A DNA stretch of 38,412 bases from a virus. Numbering within the stretch: position 1 is the first letter of the stretch; every line of letters begins with the position of its first letter. Below the pieces are notes generated by a model. That model did no database searches. It was not told the DNA's origin and saw nothing but the letters and a program-made list of their open reading frames with translations. The DNA lies in the UHGV virus genome UHGV-0246730; one strand, given 5' to 3'. Shown here piece by piece: positions 26,920 to 36,106 of the stretch. Both the position numbers and the translations under genes were made by a program.

Positions 26920-27281
26920 CACGAGACAAACTCGATGAAATTTTGGAAAAACACATCAAATGGCTACGAGAAGACCCAGCGGGAGAGCGTGCCAACATGA
27001 GCGGAGCCGACATGAGCGGAGCCAACATGAGCGGAGCCGGCATAGATTACACGTCGTTTACGCTCTGGTGCGGCAGTCTGGGCATACTGATCGACGATGC
27101 GATCACAAGTCAACTACTCTATCATGTGCTATCATGCGTCGAGGTGTCACCGGACGTATCAGATGAGGTCAAAAAAGTACTTTTGAGTCCTGAGACAGTT
27201 GCGATAGCAAATCAATTTCGACGGGTGCAATCAGAGGAGTTAAGAAAGATTGCAACATGGCAAAAGGGAGCAGACAAATGA
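26916..27281 (+). CDS. Pentapeptide-repeat protein
   Basis: ILEKHIKWL...GERANMSGADMSGANMSGA; 15-nt DNA repeats at about 26991-27038. Confidence 0.75.
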   Translation: MTRDKLDEILEKHIKWLREDPAGERANMSGADMSGANMSGAGIDYTSFTLWCGSLGILIDDAITSQLLYHVLSCVEVSPDVSDEVKKVLLSPETVAIANQFRRVQSEELRKIATWQKGADK

Positions 27282-27703
27282 CACAAGAAGAATTCAACAA
27301 AAAAATCAAAGACCTGGAACAGCTCGAAATCGATCTATACAAGCGCTATACGACGACCTCCGCCCCTGCGTACAGTTGGACTAGCTGGGGTATAAGAATA
27401 GCCGGAGATATCTTATCAGATCACGATACTGTTGAGGTCGCCATGGCGGTTGTAGATTTCAAGGTTGCATTTTATGACACACCCTACAAGATAGGCAAAG
27501 CAGAAGATATAATCGATGAAAAAATCAAAGACCTGGAACAATTCAAAATTGATCTAGGCGAACAGTACCTAGAAACATCCAGACCTGCGTACTTTTGGGC
27601 CAAAACATGTGTCCAAATAGTCCAAGACATCCTATCAGGCCACGATATCGCAAAAGCTAAGGCAGATTTGGATATGGAGGTTGCGAAATATGACACACCA
27701 TGA
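27278..27703 (+). CDS. Hypothetical protein made of two tandem ~70-aa repeats
   Basis: KIKDLEQ..ID....Y..TS.PAY.W......DILS.HD...YDTP occurs twice. Confidence 0.7.
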   Translation: MTQEEFNKKIKDLEQLEIDLYKRYTTTSAPAYSWTSWGIRIAGDILSDHDTVEVAMAVVDFKVAFYDTPYKIGKAEDIIDEKIKDLEQFKIDLGEQYLETSRPAYFWAKTCVQIVQDILSGHDIAKAKADLDMEVAKYDTP

Positions 27704-27863
27704 CCGCATCAAAGCTATCATCTGGGCACCAGCGGCAATCACAGTCGCCCTGGTCGCTGCATACTGGTGCGGGACAGACCGTGTGGGCTGGATGGGGTTG
27801 GTCCTGTGCGGCGTGGTGGCAGCAATATGCGGAGTAGTAGAATGGGTTATAGAGAGGAGGTGA
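27690..27863 (+). CDS. Small two-TM membrane protein
   Basis: RBS GGAGG; two hydrophobic stretches. Confidence 0.55.
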   Translation: MTHHDRIKAIIWAPAAITVALVAAYWCGTDRVGWMGLVLCGVVAAICGVVEWVIERR

Positions 27864-27868
27864 CCAAG

Positions 27869-28063
27869 ATGCTATCAACCAGACGCCCATCAAAAGCAAT
27901 CCAGATAGCAGCCAAGTTGGTACAAAGGATCAGGGCTGAGTGCCCCAATACGGGCTGCGCAGAGTGCCATTTTTACAACCGGGACCGCCGGGAGTGTATG
28001 TTTGCAAAGCAGCCCTACGAGTGGGACATACCGACGGATTTGCTCAAAAAAATAGAGCCGTAG
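27869..28063 (+). CDS. Small Cys-rich hypothetical protein
   Basis: RBS AGGAGGTG; CPNTGCAECHF...C...PYEW. Confidence 0.6.
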   Translation: MLSTRRPSKAIQIAAKLVQRIRAECPNTGCAECHFYNRDRRECMFAKQPYEWDIPTDLLKKIEP

Positions 28064-28118
28064 AGGCCCCAAAAGAAATAATCTACTGTAAGTATATCAT
28101 AACAAAGGAGATTTGACA

Positions 28119-28583
28119 ATGGGCAATAATAAAGATTTCATTGGCCATCACAACAGTGGTGATCATAACAGTGGCTATCGTAACAGTGGCGATTGTAACA
28201 GTGGTAATTGGAACAGCGGCGATTGGAACAAGTGCAACTTTTCCAACGGATGTTTTAACACAGTTGAACCGAAAATTTATCTGTTTGATAAGCCGTCTGA
28301 CTGGACTTATCGGGATTGGATTAACTCGGACGCCCGTAATGTATTAGGCCAGATTCCGAGGGCAGTTCTAAAATATGTCTGGTTTGAGAGTATGACGGAT
28401 GAAGAAAAGGCAGCACACCCGGAAGCGGAAGTTACAGGCGGCTATCTGAAAAAAAATGAAAAACCCCAATATAATGATTGGTGGAATAGCCTTTCTGATC
28501 GTCAAAAAGACGTTATTAAAGCGATTCCAAATTTTGACAAGGTAATTTTCAAAGAAATCACTGGAATTGAAACCGAAGGCTAA
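28119..28583 (+). CDS. NSGD-pentapeptide repeat phage protein
   Basis: HNSGD HNSGY RNSGD CNSGN WNSGD WNK; PNFDKVIFKEITGI end. Confidence 0.75.
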   Translation: MGNNKDFIGHHNSGDHNSGYRNSGDCNSGNWNSGDWNKCNFSNGCFNTVEPKIYLFDKPSDWTYRDWINSDARNVLGQIPRAVLKYVWFESMTDEEKAAHPEAEVTGGYLKKNEKPQYNDWWNSLSDRQKDVIKAIPNFDKVIFKEITGIETEG

Positions 28584-28620
28584 ATGTCAAGTCCAGAGGC
28601 AGGAGAAAGGATGAGAAAAA

Positions 28621-29085
28621 ATGGCAAATTTGTATGAAATTGATCAAGCAATCATGAATTGCCTCGACGAAGAGACAGGCGAGGTCTTAGACCTGGACCG
28701 GATGAATGCTCTCCAGATGGAGAGGAAAGCAAAAATTGAAAATGTGGCACTCCTGTACAAAAATGTAAAAGCAGACATGGAGGCATACAAGGCCGAAAAA
28801 ACGGCCTTTGCAGAAAAAGAGCAGGCTGCCAAAAACAAGCTAGAGAGCCTAAAAAACTACCTAGACTATGCACTGCAAGGGCAAAAATTTAAGTCGGTGC
28901 GGGCCAGCATATTCTACCGCAAATTTGAGGCTGTAGAGTGCGATGATGTGCATCAACTGGACGACGACTATCTAAGATACGCAGAGCCAATGCCAGATAA
29001 GATCAAAATCAAGGATGCCATCAAAGCCGGTCAAGAGGTCAAAGGGGCACGGCTGGTGGAACGGCAAAGTATTCAAATACAGTAA
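28621..29085 (+). CDS. Siphovirus Gp157-family protein
   Basis: MANLYEID...KIENVA...PDKIKIKDAIKAGQEVKGARLVERQSIQI. Confidence 0.85.
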   Translation: MANLYEIDQAIMNCLDEETGEVLDLDRMNALQMERKAKIENVALLYKNVKADMEAYKAEKTAFAEKEQAAKNKLESLKNYLDYALQGQKFKSVRASIFYRKFEAVECDDVHQLDDDYLRYAEPMPDKIKIKDAIKAGQEVKGARLVERQSIQIQ

Positions 29086-29090
29086 GGGAG

Positions 29091-29294
29091 ATGAGTATAA
29101 TGAGGGACGAAAAATTACATTTGAGCGCCAAAAGGAGACGTCCATCCAACGAGGATCAAGTGATCAAGATATCGCCGGAGGCGTACAACGCGCTGGTGGA
29201 CCTGTACAACGAAACAAGCTTATCCTTCAAGCATTTAGCGTCCAAAATCATTTTATGGTCCATAGACAAGATTGTATTTGACAAAGTAGAATAG
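29091..29294 (+). CDS. Small hypothetical (possible ribbon-helix-helix) protein
   Basis: VIKISPEAYNALVDLYNETSLSFKHLASKII. Confidence 0.55.
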   Translation: MSIMRDEKLHLSAKRRRPSNEDQVIKISPEAYNALVDLYNETSLSFKHLASKIILWSIDKIVFDKVE

Positions 29295-29303
29295 GAGGTT
29301 TTT

Positions 29304-29975
29304 ATGGGAATCCCTGTTTTAATTATTGGCGAAAGTGGATCTGGAAAAAGTTCCAGCCTTCGAAATTTTTCTGAAGACGAGATTGGTATTTTCAATGTAG
29401 CAGGTAAGCCACTGCCCTTTCGTAAAAAATTACCTAAGAAAAATAATGCCACCTACGCCACAATTTTCAAGTCCATGAATAAGCCAGACAGGCGTGCTTA
29501 TGTGATTGACGATAGCCAATATCTATTGTCTTTCGAACTGTTTGATCGGGCAAACGAAAACGGATATAACAAATTTTCAGACATTGCGCTACACTTTCGA
29601 GGTCTACTAGACTTCATAATTCGGCAAATACCGGATGATATAATTGTCTATTTCTTGCATCATAGCGAAGAAAGCGATAGCGGAAAGATCAAGGCAAAAA
29701 CCGTTGGGAAAATGTTAGACAATCAACTTACCGTGGAAGGGCTGTTTTCCATCGTCCTTCTCGCTACGGCGGAGGGTGGACAATATCGATTTATTACGCA
29801 GTCGGATGGTATGAGCACGGCAAAATCTCCGATGGACATGTTTGAGCGAGAAATACCAAATGACCTGCGAATGGTAGATGCTACAATTCGGGAGTATTGG
29901 AGCATGAAGCCACTCAGACCCGATGAAGATGAAGCAGCAAAAATTTATCAAAACGAAAAGGAGAATGCAGAATGA
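29304..29975 (+). CDS. Sak4-like AAA ATPase (single-strand annealing recombinase)
   Basis: Walker A GESGSGKS, YVIDDSQYL, KTVGKMLD, AKSPMDMF; between gp157 and SSB-like gene. Confidence 0.8.
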   Translation: MGIPVLIIGESGSGKSSSLRNFSEDEIGIFNVAGKPLPFRKKLPKKNNATYATIFKSMNKPDRRAYVIDDSQYLLSFELFDRANENGYNKFSDIALHFRGLLDFIIRQIPDDIIVYFLHHSEESDSGKIKAKTVGKMLDNQLTVEGLFSIVLLATAEGGQYRFITQSDGMSTAKSPMDMFEREIPNDLRMVDATIREYWSMKPLRPDEDEAAKIYQNEKENAE

Positions 29976-30550
29976 AAAAGTTCAAAGATTATGACGAAGT
30001 GAAAGCGTATAGGGAAAAGGAGAGACTGCCACGAGGCGCATATATCCTGAAAATCATGAATGTGGAAGAGGTAACAAATAGTTATGGAGAGTCCTTAGTG
30101 TTTAGCTTTGACATTGCAGAGGGCGAGCATAAGGGATTTTATCAACAGGAATATAATAACCAATTTCAAGAGGACAAAAAATGGAAAGGAACATACCGCC
30201 TCTTTGAACCCCGAGATGACGGATCGGAGAAAGATGCATGGACAAAAAGCAGATTCAAATCCGTCATGGAAGCATTTGAAGCATCCAACCCAGGCTATCA
30301 TTTTGACTGGGATGAAAAAAAGCTCATTGGAAAAACCATCGGAGGTCTCTTTATCAACAAAGAATGGGAGGGCGACAATGGAACGGGATGGTTTACTTCC
30401 TGCGAAAAATTTATAGATGTGACGTCAATCCGCAACGAGAAATATACCATGCCCGCTGATAAGCCACTCAAAAAAAATACGGATTTTGTCAAGCAAGATT
30501 TTGCTCAAATGGTCGATGACGATGAGGACGTTGACCAGCCGTGGAACTAA
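29972..30550 (+). CDS. Putative single-stranded DNA-binding protein
   Basis: LPRGAYILKI, FDIAEGEHKGFY; acidic aromatic tail DDDEDVDQPWN. Confidence 0.7.
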   Translation: MKKFKDYDEVKAYREKERLPRGAYILKIMNVEEVTNSYGESLVFSFDIAEGEHKGFYQQEYNNQFQEDKKWKGTYRLFEPRDDGSEKDAWTKSRFKSVMEAFEASNPGYHFDWDEKKLIGKTIGGLFINKEWEGDNGTGWFTSCEKFIDVTSIRNEKYTMPADKPLKKNTDFVKQDFAQMVDDDEDVDQPWN

Positions 30551-31113
30551 GTTGCACTCCTTTTGAAATTGAGACATCTCTGAAATCTATGGTGATCCTA
30601 TATGATACACGGGAACAGCCTACAAAGCAACTAAAGGCCCGTCTCGCCACTATGCAATGCAAGACAGAGCGCCGAAGACTTGAGTATGGGGACTATTCAT
30701 GCTTTACTACATTGCCTACGGGAGAGGTCCTAGACCTTTCCCGGAAGGTGGTAATAGAGCGAAAAATGAATATTGACGAGCTATGCCTTTGCTTTGGAAA
30801 GGATCGACATCGATTCAAGGCAGAATTTGACCGTGCCCGAACTGATGGCTGCCGCGTATATCTGCTTGTCGAAAATGCAACGTGGGAACACATCCTACTG
30901 GGCAAATATAGGAGCCAATATAACCCGCAGGCGCTGACAGCCAGCATTTTAGCATGGATTCCACGATACAATATGATCCCGATTTTTTGCAAGGAAGAGT
31001 CTAGCGGAAAAATCATCAAAGAAATTTTATACAGGGAGGCGAAGGAATGCCTTGAAAACGCCAACGAGGACAGAAAACATGAACAGGCAAACGCCATATC
31101 AAGCAGCGGTTGA
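30541..31113 (+). CDS. ERCC4-domain nuclease
   Basis: YDTREQ, LEYGDYS, VIERKMNIDEL motifs. Confidence 0.85.
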   Translation: MELSCTPFEIETSLKSMVILYDTREQPTKQLKARLATMQCKTERRRLEYGDYSCFTTLPTGEVLDLSRKVVIERKMNIDELCLCFGKDRHRFKAEFDRARTDGCRVYLLVENATWEHILLGKYRSQYNPQALTASILAWIPRYNMIPIFCKEESSGKIIKEILYREAKECLENANEDRKHEQANAISSSG

Positions 31114-33169
31114 ATACATCAATATGGGGCTCGCTGTATTCCCTGTTGTATACAAGGGCAAAATGCCCCTAACGCAAAATGGATGCAAGGACGCAACGAC
31201 AGACGCCGCCGTGGTAAAAGGCTGGTGGCAGAAGTGGCCCAACGCTAATATTGGAATCGCAACGGGATCAAAAAGTGGTGGCCTCTTTGTCATTGACCTC
31301 GATGTAGACGAGGATAGAGGAGTCAACGGATACCAAACCCTACGAGACTGGGAGCGTGACAATGGAGACCTGCCGGAAACAATCCAATCTATCACGGGAC
31401 GTGGAGGATATCACCTTTTCTACCGTGGAAACAAGTTGATCGGCAATCGCGCGAAGGTGATGGACGGAATTGATATTCGGGGAGAGGGTGGATATATCAT
31501 TGCGCCGCCGTCAATCCATCCAAACGGGAGAATGTATGAATGGGAGCAAGGTCCCAATGAATATGCCATTGCATCAGCAAATGATCACGTGTATCAATTA
31601 ATCGAACATCGCCGTGAATCCAATACAGAATTTATCGTCCCTGAAAAAGTGTCCGCAGGAGAACGCAACCAAACTATGTTTCGGTATGCGTGCAGCTTAC
31701 AGTCAAAGGGACTCAGTGATGAGGCAATTCTAGCCGCCATCAAAATTGAAAATGAAAAACGCTGCGTTCCCCCGCTGCCTGACGGCGAATTAGAAAAGAC
31801 GATCCAAAGCGCCCTAAAGTATGAAAAGGGTGCAAGGATTTTGCAATTTGCAAAAACGGGGCCAGCACCCCCACAGCCAGAAACTCAAATGGTCAATCTG
31901 CGATATGGAGAAAACGGGAAAATTCAACAGACCATTGAAAACATCTGCGAGGTTTTGCGAAACGATCCCGCGCTTAAAAATCATATCCGATACAATACAC
32001 TATCCTACAGTCCGTTTATCTTTGATGGAGTGCCGTGGGACCCTCATATCCAATATCGCGAATGGTCCAATAGCGACGACAGCAACCTAAAATGTTACAT
32101 CGAGGGGAAATATGGGCTCAAAAACCTCGGGAAAATTATGGAGGCATTTACCGTTGTCTCGAACGAAAATCGATTTAATCCCGTGACGGATTATCTGGAA
32201 AGCCTAGAATGGGACCAGAAACCTCATATAGAAAACTTATTGCCAGATTTTTTAGGCGTGGAAAAATCCCCATACTCCGCTACGTGTATGAAGCTCTTTA
32301 TGTTGGGAGCAATTAATCGGGCCTATCGGCCAGGATGCAAGTTTGATTATATGCCGGTACTGGTGGGCGAACAGGGGGTTGGAAAATCCACTTTTTTCAA
32401 GCTCCTGGCAGGTAAGGATGAATGGTATAATGACAATTTCAACACAATCGACGGCGACAAGGCGGCGGAAAAATTGCGGGGGATGTGGATTGTGGAGCTG
32501 GCTGAGCTTTTAGCAGTCAAAAGGGCACAGCAAGTTGAGTCAATCAAAGCGTTTATTACGTCTACAGTGGACACCTATCGACCGCCATATGAAAGGATCA
32601 CAGAGCAGCGCCCACGGGTTTGTGTGTTTGCTGGCACAACTAATAGCAGCCATTTTCTGACAGACCGTACTGGCAATCGTCGCTACTTGCCCCTGATGGT
32701 CAACAGGCAGGCAATCAAACGATCAATGTTTGAGCGACCGGATGAGGTGACAGCGGAATTCCAGCAAGCGTGGGCGGAGGCCCTATATATTTTTCGCACA
32801 GAGGATCCCCGATTAGTTCTGCCAGCCGACCTACAGGCAGAAGCCATGCGACTACAAGGAGATTACGTTGAAGAGGATGTTCGGATCGGCATTATTCAAG
32901 ATTGGCTTGATTCCACGGAGAACCGATATGTTTGCACCGCCATGATATATAAGGAGGCACTGGGAAATGATTTTACAAAACCAGATAGGAGGACATCTAA
33001 TGAGCTACACGATATCATGCAGTACTCTATCACGGGGTGGCGGCGTGTGCGAAATGAGCACGGGGGCAGAAAAAAACTACAAGGCTATGGGACGCAGATT
33101 TGTTATGAGCGCGAGGCGAATAGTTTTTCGACTTGCGATACTAGCCAAAAGGCACCATTTGAGGTGTAA
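31052..33169 (+). CDS. Bifunctional primase-polymerase + PriCT + VirE-like helicase
   Basis: ANIGIATG, VIDLDVD, TGRGGYHLF, DIRGEGGYIIAPPSIH; GERNQTMF; Walker A GEQGVGKST, DRTGNRRY. Confidence 0.9.
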   Translation: MKTPTRTENMNRQTPYQAAVEYINMGLAVFPVVYKGKMPLTQNGCKDATTDAAVVKGWWQKWPNANIGIATGSKSGGLFVIDLDVDEDRGVNGYQTLRDWERDNGDLPETIQSITGRGGYHLFYRGNKLIGNRAKVMDGIDIRGEGGYIIAPPSIHPNGRMYEWEQGPNEYAIASANDHVYQLIEHRRESNTEFIVPEKVSAGERNQTMFRYACSLQSKGLSDEAILAAIKIENEKRCVPPLPDGELEKTIQSALKYEKGARILQFAKTGPAPPQPETQMVNLRYGENGKIQQTIENICEVLRNDPALKNHIRYNTLSYSPFIFDGVPWDPHIQYREWSNSDDSNLKCYIEGKYGLKNLGKIMEAFTVVSNENRFNPVTDYLESLEWDQKPHIENLLPDFLGVEKSPYSATCMKLFMLGAINRAYRPGCKFDYMPVLVGEQGVGKSTFFKLLAGKDEWYNDNFNTIDGDKAAEKLRGMWIVELAELLAVKRAQQVESIKAFITSTVDTYRPPYERITEQRPRVCVFAGTTNSSHFLTDRTGNRRYLPLMVNRQAIKRSMFERPDEVTAEFQQAWAEALYIFRTEDPRLVLPADLQAEAMRLQGDYVEEDVRIGIIQDWLDSTENRYVCTAMIYKEALGNDFTKPDRRTSNELHDIMQYSITGWRRVRNEHGGRKKLQGYGTQICYEREANSFSTCDTSQKAPFEV

Positions 33170-33445
33170 ATTGTGAACAAATTGTTACAAGTAACCCCTA
33201 GTAATCTCTAGTAACCTTTCTAATAACCTCTTCTAGTTAGCTAAAATAGAGGGTTATATATAAAAAGGTTACTAGGGTTACTAGAAAAACCCTAGGGAGA
33301 AGAAAATACAGGATAAAAAAATATATATATAGGGAAATAGGTCTCTTTCGTAACCCCTTTGAAATTCGATATCGATAAAAGCCGCTATTTATGCGGGCTG
33401 TAGCGTTTTGCAAAAGGTTACGATCTTTTATCGTAACCTGGAGAA
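33170..33445. other. Putative replication origin with GTAAC/GTTAC iterons
   Basis: Non-coding and AT-rich; direct and inverted (CTA)GTAACC / GGTTAC(TAG) repeats directly downstream of the primase-helicase. Confidence 0.7.
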
Positions 33446-33519
33446 TAACCCGGGACATGATTTTGGATGGAGAAAATCTCTATCGCTGGACATAATTGGA
33501 CAAAAGGGGAGGCAGAACA

Positions 33520-33687
33520 ATGACAAAACGGGATCAGGATAAAATCCGCCAGCTGGTCCGGAATGGGCGAGTTGATGTGGCAAAGGTCATGATGCGTAGA
33601 GAGTGCTGGGGCTGTAAATATGTGATCTTAGTTGGCGGAGCCTGTACGGGGCGGGGATATGCGGAGCAGCCATGTTTATTGGGATAG
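33520..33687 (+). CDS. Small Cys-rich protein (paralogue of the next gene)
   Basis: RBS GGGGGAGG; LVRNGRVDVAK...ECWGCKY...CTGR...PC. Confidence 0.6.
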   Translation: MTKRDQDKIRQLVRNGRVDVAKVMMRRECWGCKYVILVGGACTGRGYAEQPCLLG

Positions 33688-33699
33688 GAGGTTTACAAG

Positions 33700-33984
33700 A
33701 TGAAAGAAGTAATCAGATATAAGTGTGAATTTTGCAATCGAACGTTTAAGTCGGCAACACAGGCGAGTGCGCATGAAGCACATTGCCTAGTTGCAAAGGG
33801 GGATATGTATCGTCTTCTGAAATTGGTAAAAAGTGGGGACATCGAATCGGCGAAAATATACGCGCGTGAAGAGTGTCGCAGTTGCAAATATAGTGTATTT
33901 ATGGGTAAGGATTGTCCTGGTCGTACCGTGGATGAGATGCCATGTGTGTCTGCGTCCCCTGCAATGGAGGGAAAAATATCATGA
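33700..33984 (+). CDS. Zinc-finger protein
   Basis: YKCEFCNRTF...HEAHC plus ECRSCKY...CPGR...PC. Confidence 0.65.
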   Translation: MKEVIRYKCEFCNRTFKSATQASAHEAHCLVAKGDMYRLLKLVKSGDIESAKIYAREECRSCKYSVFMGKDCPGRTVDEMPCVSASPAMEGKIS

Positions 33985-34304
33985 ATCGAGCAGAGCGGCG
34001 ACGAATAAGCAAGCAGGCGTCGAAAGAATCAACGATGCATATTAAACCTAGCGATCTGGACCAAATGCAAATAGACGCAGTGAGTCGGGCGTTTACGCTG
34101 TTACTGAGCATCCCGGCAACCATTATCCATCGCAATTATGGTGAGTTAAATCGTTTGGAAGTTGACGGCAAAAGTCGTGTGGAGCGTTTTGTGGATATGT
34201 GTTTGGATATGTACGAGCGCATCGAGACGAGCGCGGTCAAGCTGGAGGATATCCAGGCACAGTTTGAACGGGAGACTGGATGCAAGATCAAGATGAGGGG
34301 ATGA
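33981..34304 (+). CDS. Hypothetical phage protein
   Basis: MNRAERRR start; ATGA overlap. Confidence 0.65.
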   Translation: MNRAERRRISKQASKESTMHIKPSDLDQMQIDAVSRAFTLLLSIPATIIHRNYGELNRLEVDGKSRVERFVDMCLDMYERIETSAVKLEDIQAQFERETGCKIKMRG

Positions 34305-34311
34305 CGGGTAA

Positions 34312-34617
34312 ATGTGGATGACACCGGGGGAGATTTGCCGGGAGTATCAGCAAGCCAGGAAAAAGACGGTCCAGGTGGGCATTTTGGCTGACCTAAATTG
34401 CTGTAGCAAAGCAGAGATACGGGATATTTTATCACAACAAGGTATACGAGTCAAGGCAACAGGTCGGGTATATAATACCACGTGGACGGAGGATGAGGAA
34501 CAGCTTTGCGCACGACTTGCAAAACAAGGGCTGTATCCGGCCGAAATCGCAAAGCAGATACCAAAGCATGACCGTAGATCAGTTGCAGCAAAGCTGCGGG
34601 CAATGAGATGCCCGTAG
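34312..34617 (+). CDS. Hypothetical DNA-binding protein with Myb/HTH-like C-terminus
   Basis: QVGILADLN; TWTEDEEQ...GLYPAEIAKQI. Confidence 0.6.
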   Translation: MWMTPGEICREYQQARKKTVQVGILADLNCCSKAEIRDILSQQGIRVKATGRVYNTTWTEDEEQLCARLAKQGLYPAEIAKQIPKHDRRSVAAKLRAMRCP

Positions 34618-34717
34618 AAGTAGTCAAATTTGACCGAGACAGTGGTTCTAGCGCAAAGTAGGTAATTTCATAGCGGTCAAGGGAAAAAACGATTCTAGGG
34701 CAAATATGGAGGTCAAA

Positions 34718-34867
34718 ATGGGTAAACGAGTCAGCTGCGCCTACGTTCGCAAATGCACCGCAGACAGAATTGAGGATGACCGGCGTAAGGGCAAGCTCGA
34801 TACGGAGGCGGTGCGATACGGGCGAGAGGCATATAGACGATACAAAAAACGGGAGGCGGGCAAATGA
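34718..34867 (+). CDS. 49-aa basic hypothetical protein (not in ORF track)
   Basis: RBS GGAGG; MGKRVSCAYVRKC... Confidence 0.5.
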   Translation: MGKRVSCAYVRKCTADRIEDDRRKGKLDTEAVRYGREAYRRYKKREAGK

Positions 34868-34947
34868 GTGGTATCTTATGTTTTGTTGGTGGCGTGATAT
34901 TGGGATTTATGGTGGCAGCGTTGTTGAGCGCGAATGGAGGGGATTAG
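34864..34947 (+). CDS. 27-aa hydrophobic peptide (not in ORF track)
   Basis: RBS GGGAGG; MSGILCFVGGVILGFMVAALLSANGGD*; ATGA overlap. Confidence 0.55.
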   Translation: MSGILCFVGGVILGFMVAALLSANGGD

Positions 34948-34948
34948 G

Positions 34949-35344
34949 GTGACAAAAAGAGACCTGCAACAATACCGGGCATTGTGTGATGAGGCAAACA
35001 CGATCAAGGCCGAGATAGAGCGATTGCAAACGTCTGTCCAAAGTCCGAGATTGACGGGGATGCCGCATGGCGGCGGTGATCCGGATCGTGTAGGATCGCT
35101 CGTGGCAAAAAAGGTTGACCTAGAAAACCGGCTGATGGATAGGGTGGAGCGGCTGTATGAGCTGCGAAACAAGATCGAGGATGCCATGGAGCGGTTGAGT
35201 TCGGATCAACGTTTATTATTGCGGTATCGATACATCGAGGGGATGACATGGGAGAGTGTCTGTGTCAAGATGCATTATTCCTGGAAGCAGATACACAGGA
35301 TTCATGCAAAAATTTTGCGAATCCTCGAAGATGACACACAATGA
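34949..35344 (+). CDS. Late transcriptional activator (RinA/ArpU-like)
   Basis: LLRYRYIEGMTWESVCVKMHYSWKQIHRIHAK C-terminal HTH; last early gene before packaging genes. Confidence 0.8.
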   Translation: MTKRDLQQYRALCDEANTIKAEIERLQTSVQSPRLTGMPHGGGDPDRVGSLVAKKVDLENRLMDRVERLYELRNKIEDAMERLSSDQRLLLRYRYIEGMTWESVCVKMHYSWKQIHRIHAKILRILEDDTQ

Positions 35345-35365
35345 CACACTATTTTGTGCTATGAT
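35331..35365 (+). promoter_or_regulatory. Activator-dependent late promoter
   Basis: Tandem ATGACACAC repeats (35331, 35341) at the activator's 3' end, then extended -10 TGCTATGAT with no good -35. Confidence 0.65.
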
Positions 35366-35442
35366 GGTAACATCAAAAAACTAGGTACTGCCGGAGCGTG
35401 TCCGTGATAGTGGCGGACATAAATTTGAAAAGGAGAATTGTC

Positions 35443-35646
35443 ATGAATGAGCAAATTGAGAGGGCTTTCACGTATCATGCGCCCAAAGCCGGACAGCCGG
35501 AACAATACACCAAATTGAGAGAGACGGCAAAGGTTATGGCCTATCTTATCGAGGAGTTGTGTCCGAATAGCTGCGAAAAGGATTTGGCTATGACCAGGCT
35601 TGAAGAGAGTGTTATGTGGGCTAATGCATCGATTGCGCGCAACTAA
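35443..35646 (+). CDS. Acb2/Tad1-like helical hairpin protein, candidate immune-signal sponge
   Basis: FTYHAP...CPNSCEKDLAMTRLEESVMWANASIARN resembles the Tad1/Acb2 hairpin motif RE..LA.T.LEE..MW. Confidence 0.65.
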   Translation: MNEQIERAFTYHAPKAGQPEQYTKLRETAKVMAYLIEELCPNSCEKDLAMTRLEESVMWANASIARN

Positions 35647-35658
35647 AGCATACTATTA

Positions 35659-35685
35659 GGCCGTCCAGCAATGGGCGGCTGGTTT
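35659..35685. terminator. Hairpin terminator between convergent genes
   Basis: GCCGTCCA-GCAA-TGGGCGGC. Confidence 0.55.
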
Positions 35686-35705
35686 GTGAAAAAAAAGAAC
35701 GCCTT

Positions 35706-35897
35706 TTAGGCGTCCTCTTCCATCCCTGCCAGCTGATCCAGCGATACATCTAGCGCCCTAGCTAGTTTTACGGCAATAGATAACATACAGTCCCCGCGCT
35801 TTTCGATATCCTGAATAGTGCGGCGGGGAACGCCAGATAGTTCCACAAGTTTCGGGACAGATAGTCCCTTTTCAAGCCTGATCTCTCGTAGTTTCAT
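35706..35897 (-). CDS. XRE-family HTH regulator
   Basis: MKLREIRLEKGLSVPKLVELSGVPRRTIQDIE...LARALDVSLDQL. Confidence 0.85.
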   Translation of the reverse strand: MKLREIRLEKGLSVPKLVELSGVPRRTIQDIEKRGDCMLSIAVKLARALDVSLDQLAGMEEDA

Positions 35898-36048
35898 GGC
35901 GGCTCTTCCTTTCGACGATAAGATTCAAAATTAGGCAAACCGCAAGGAGAGCAATATTAATCCAGCCCAACGCACCGTTTGGCCAACCATCAATAAGGTG
36001 GAGGACGACGAGCGCGATTAGAATAATGGTAATAAAGTTTCTCTTCAT
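35872..36048 (-). CDS. 58-aa two-TM membrane protein (not in ORF track)
   Basis: MKRNFITIILIALVVLHLIDGWPNGALGWINIALLAVCLILNLIVERKSRHETTRDQA*; weak RBS. Confidence 0.55.
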   Translation of the reverse strand: MKRNFITIILIALVVLHLIDGWPNGALGWINIALLAVCLILNLIVERKSRHETTRDQA

Positions 36049-36106
36049 TTTTTGCGGTCAATGTGGTATACTATAGTCGCTCCCCCCGAAGGGGAGAAGA
36101 GGGGAA

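Noticed and set aside
28150..28230. 15-nt periodic repeats here and at about 26991-27038 as non-coding arrays
   Set aside because: Explained by pentapeptide repeats in coding sequence
33237..33458. 73-aa minus-strand ORF
   Set aside because: Lies in the iteron-rich origin, has low complexity and no RBS; likely spurious
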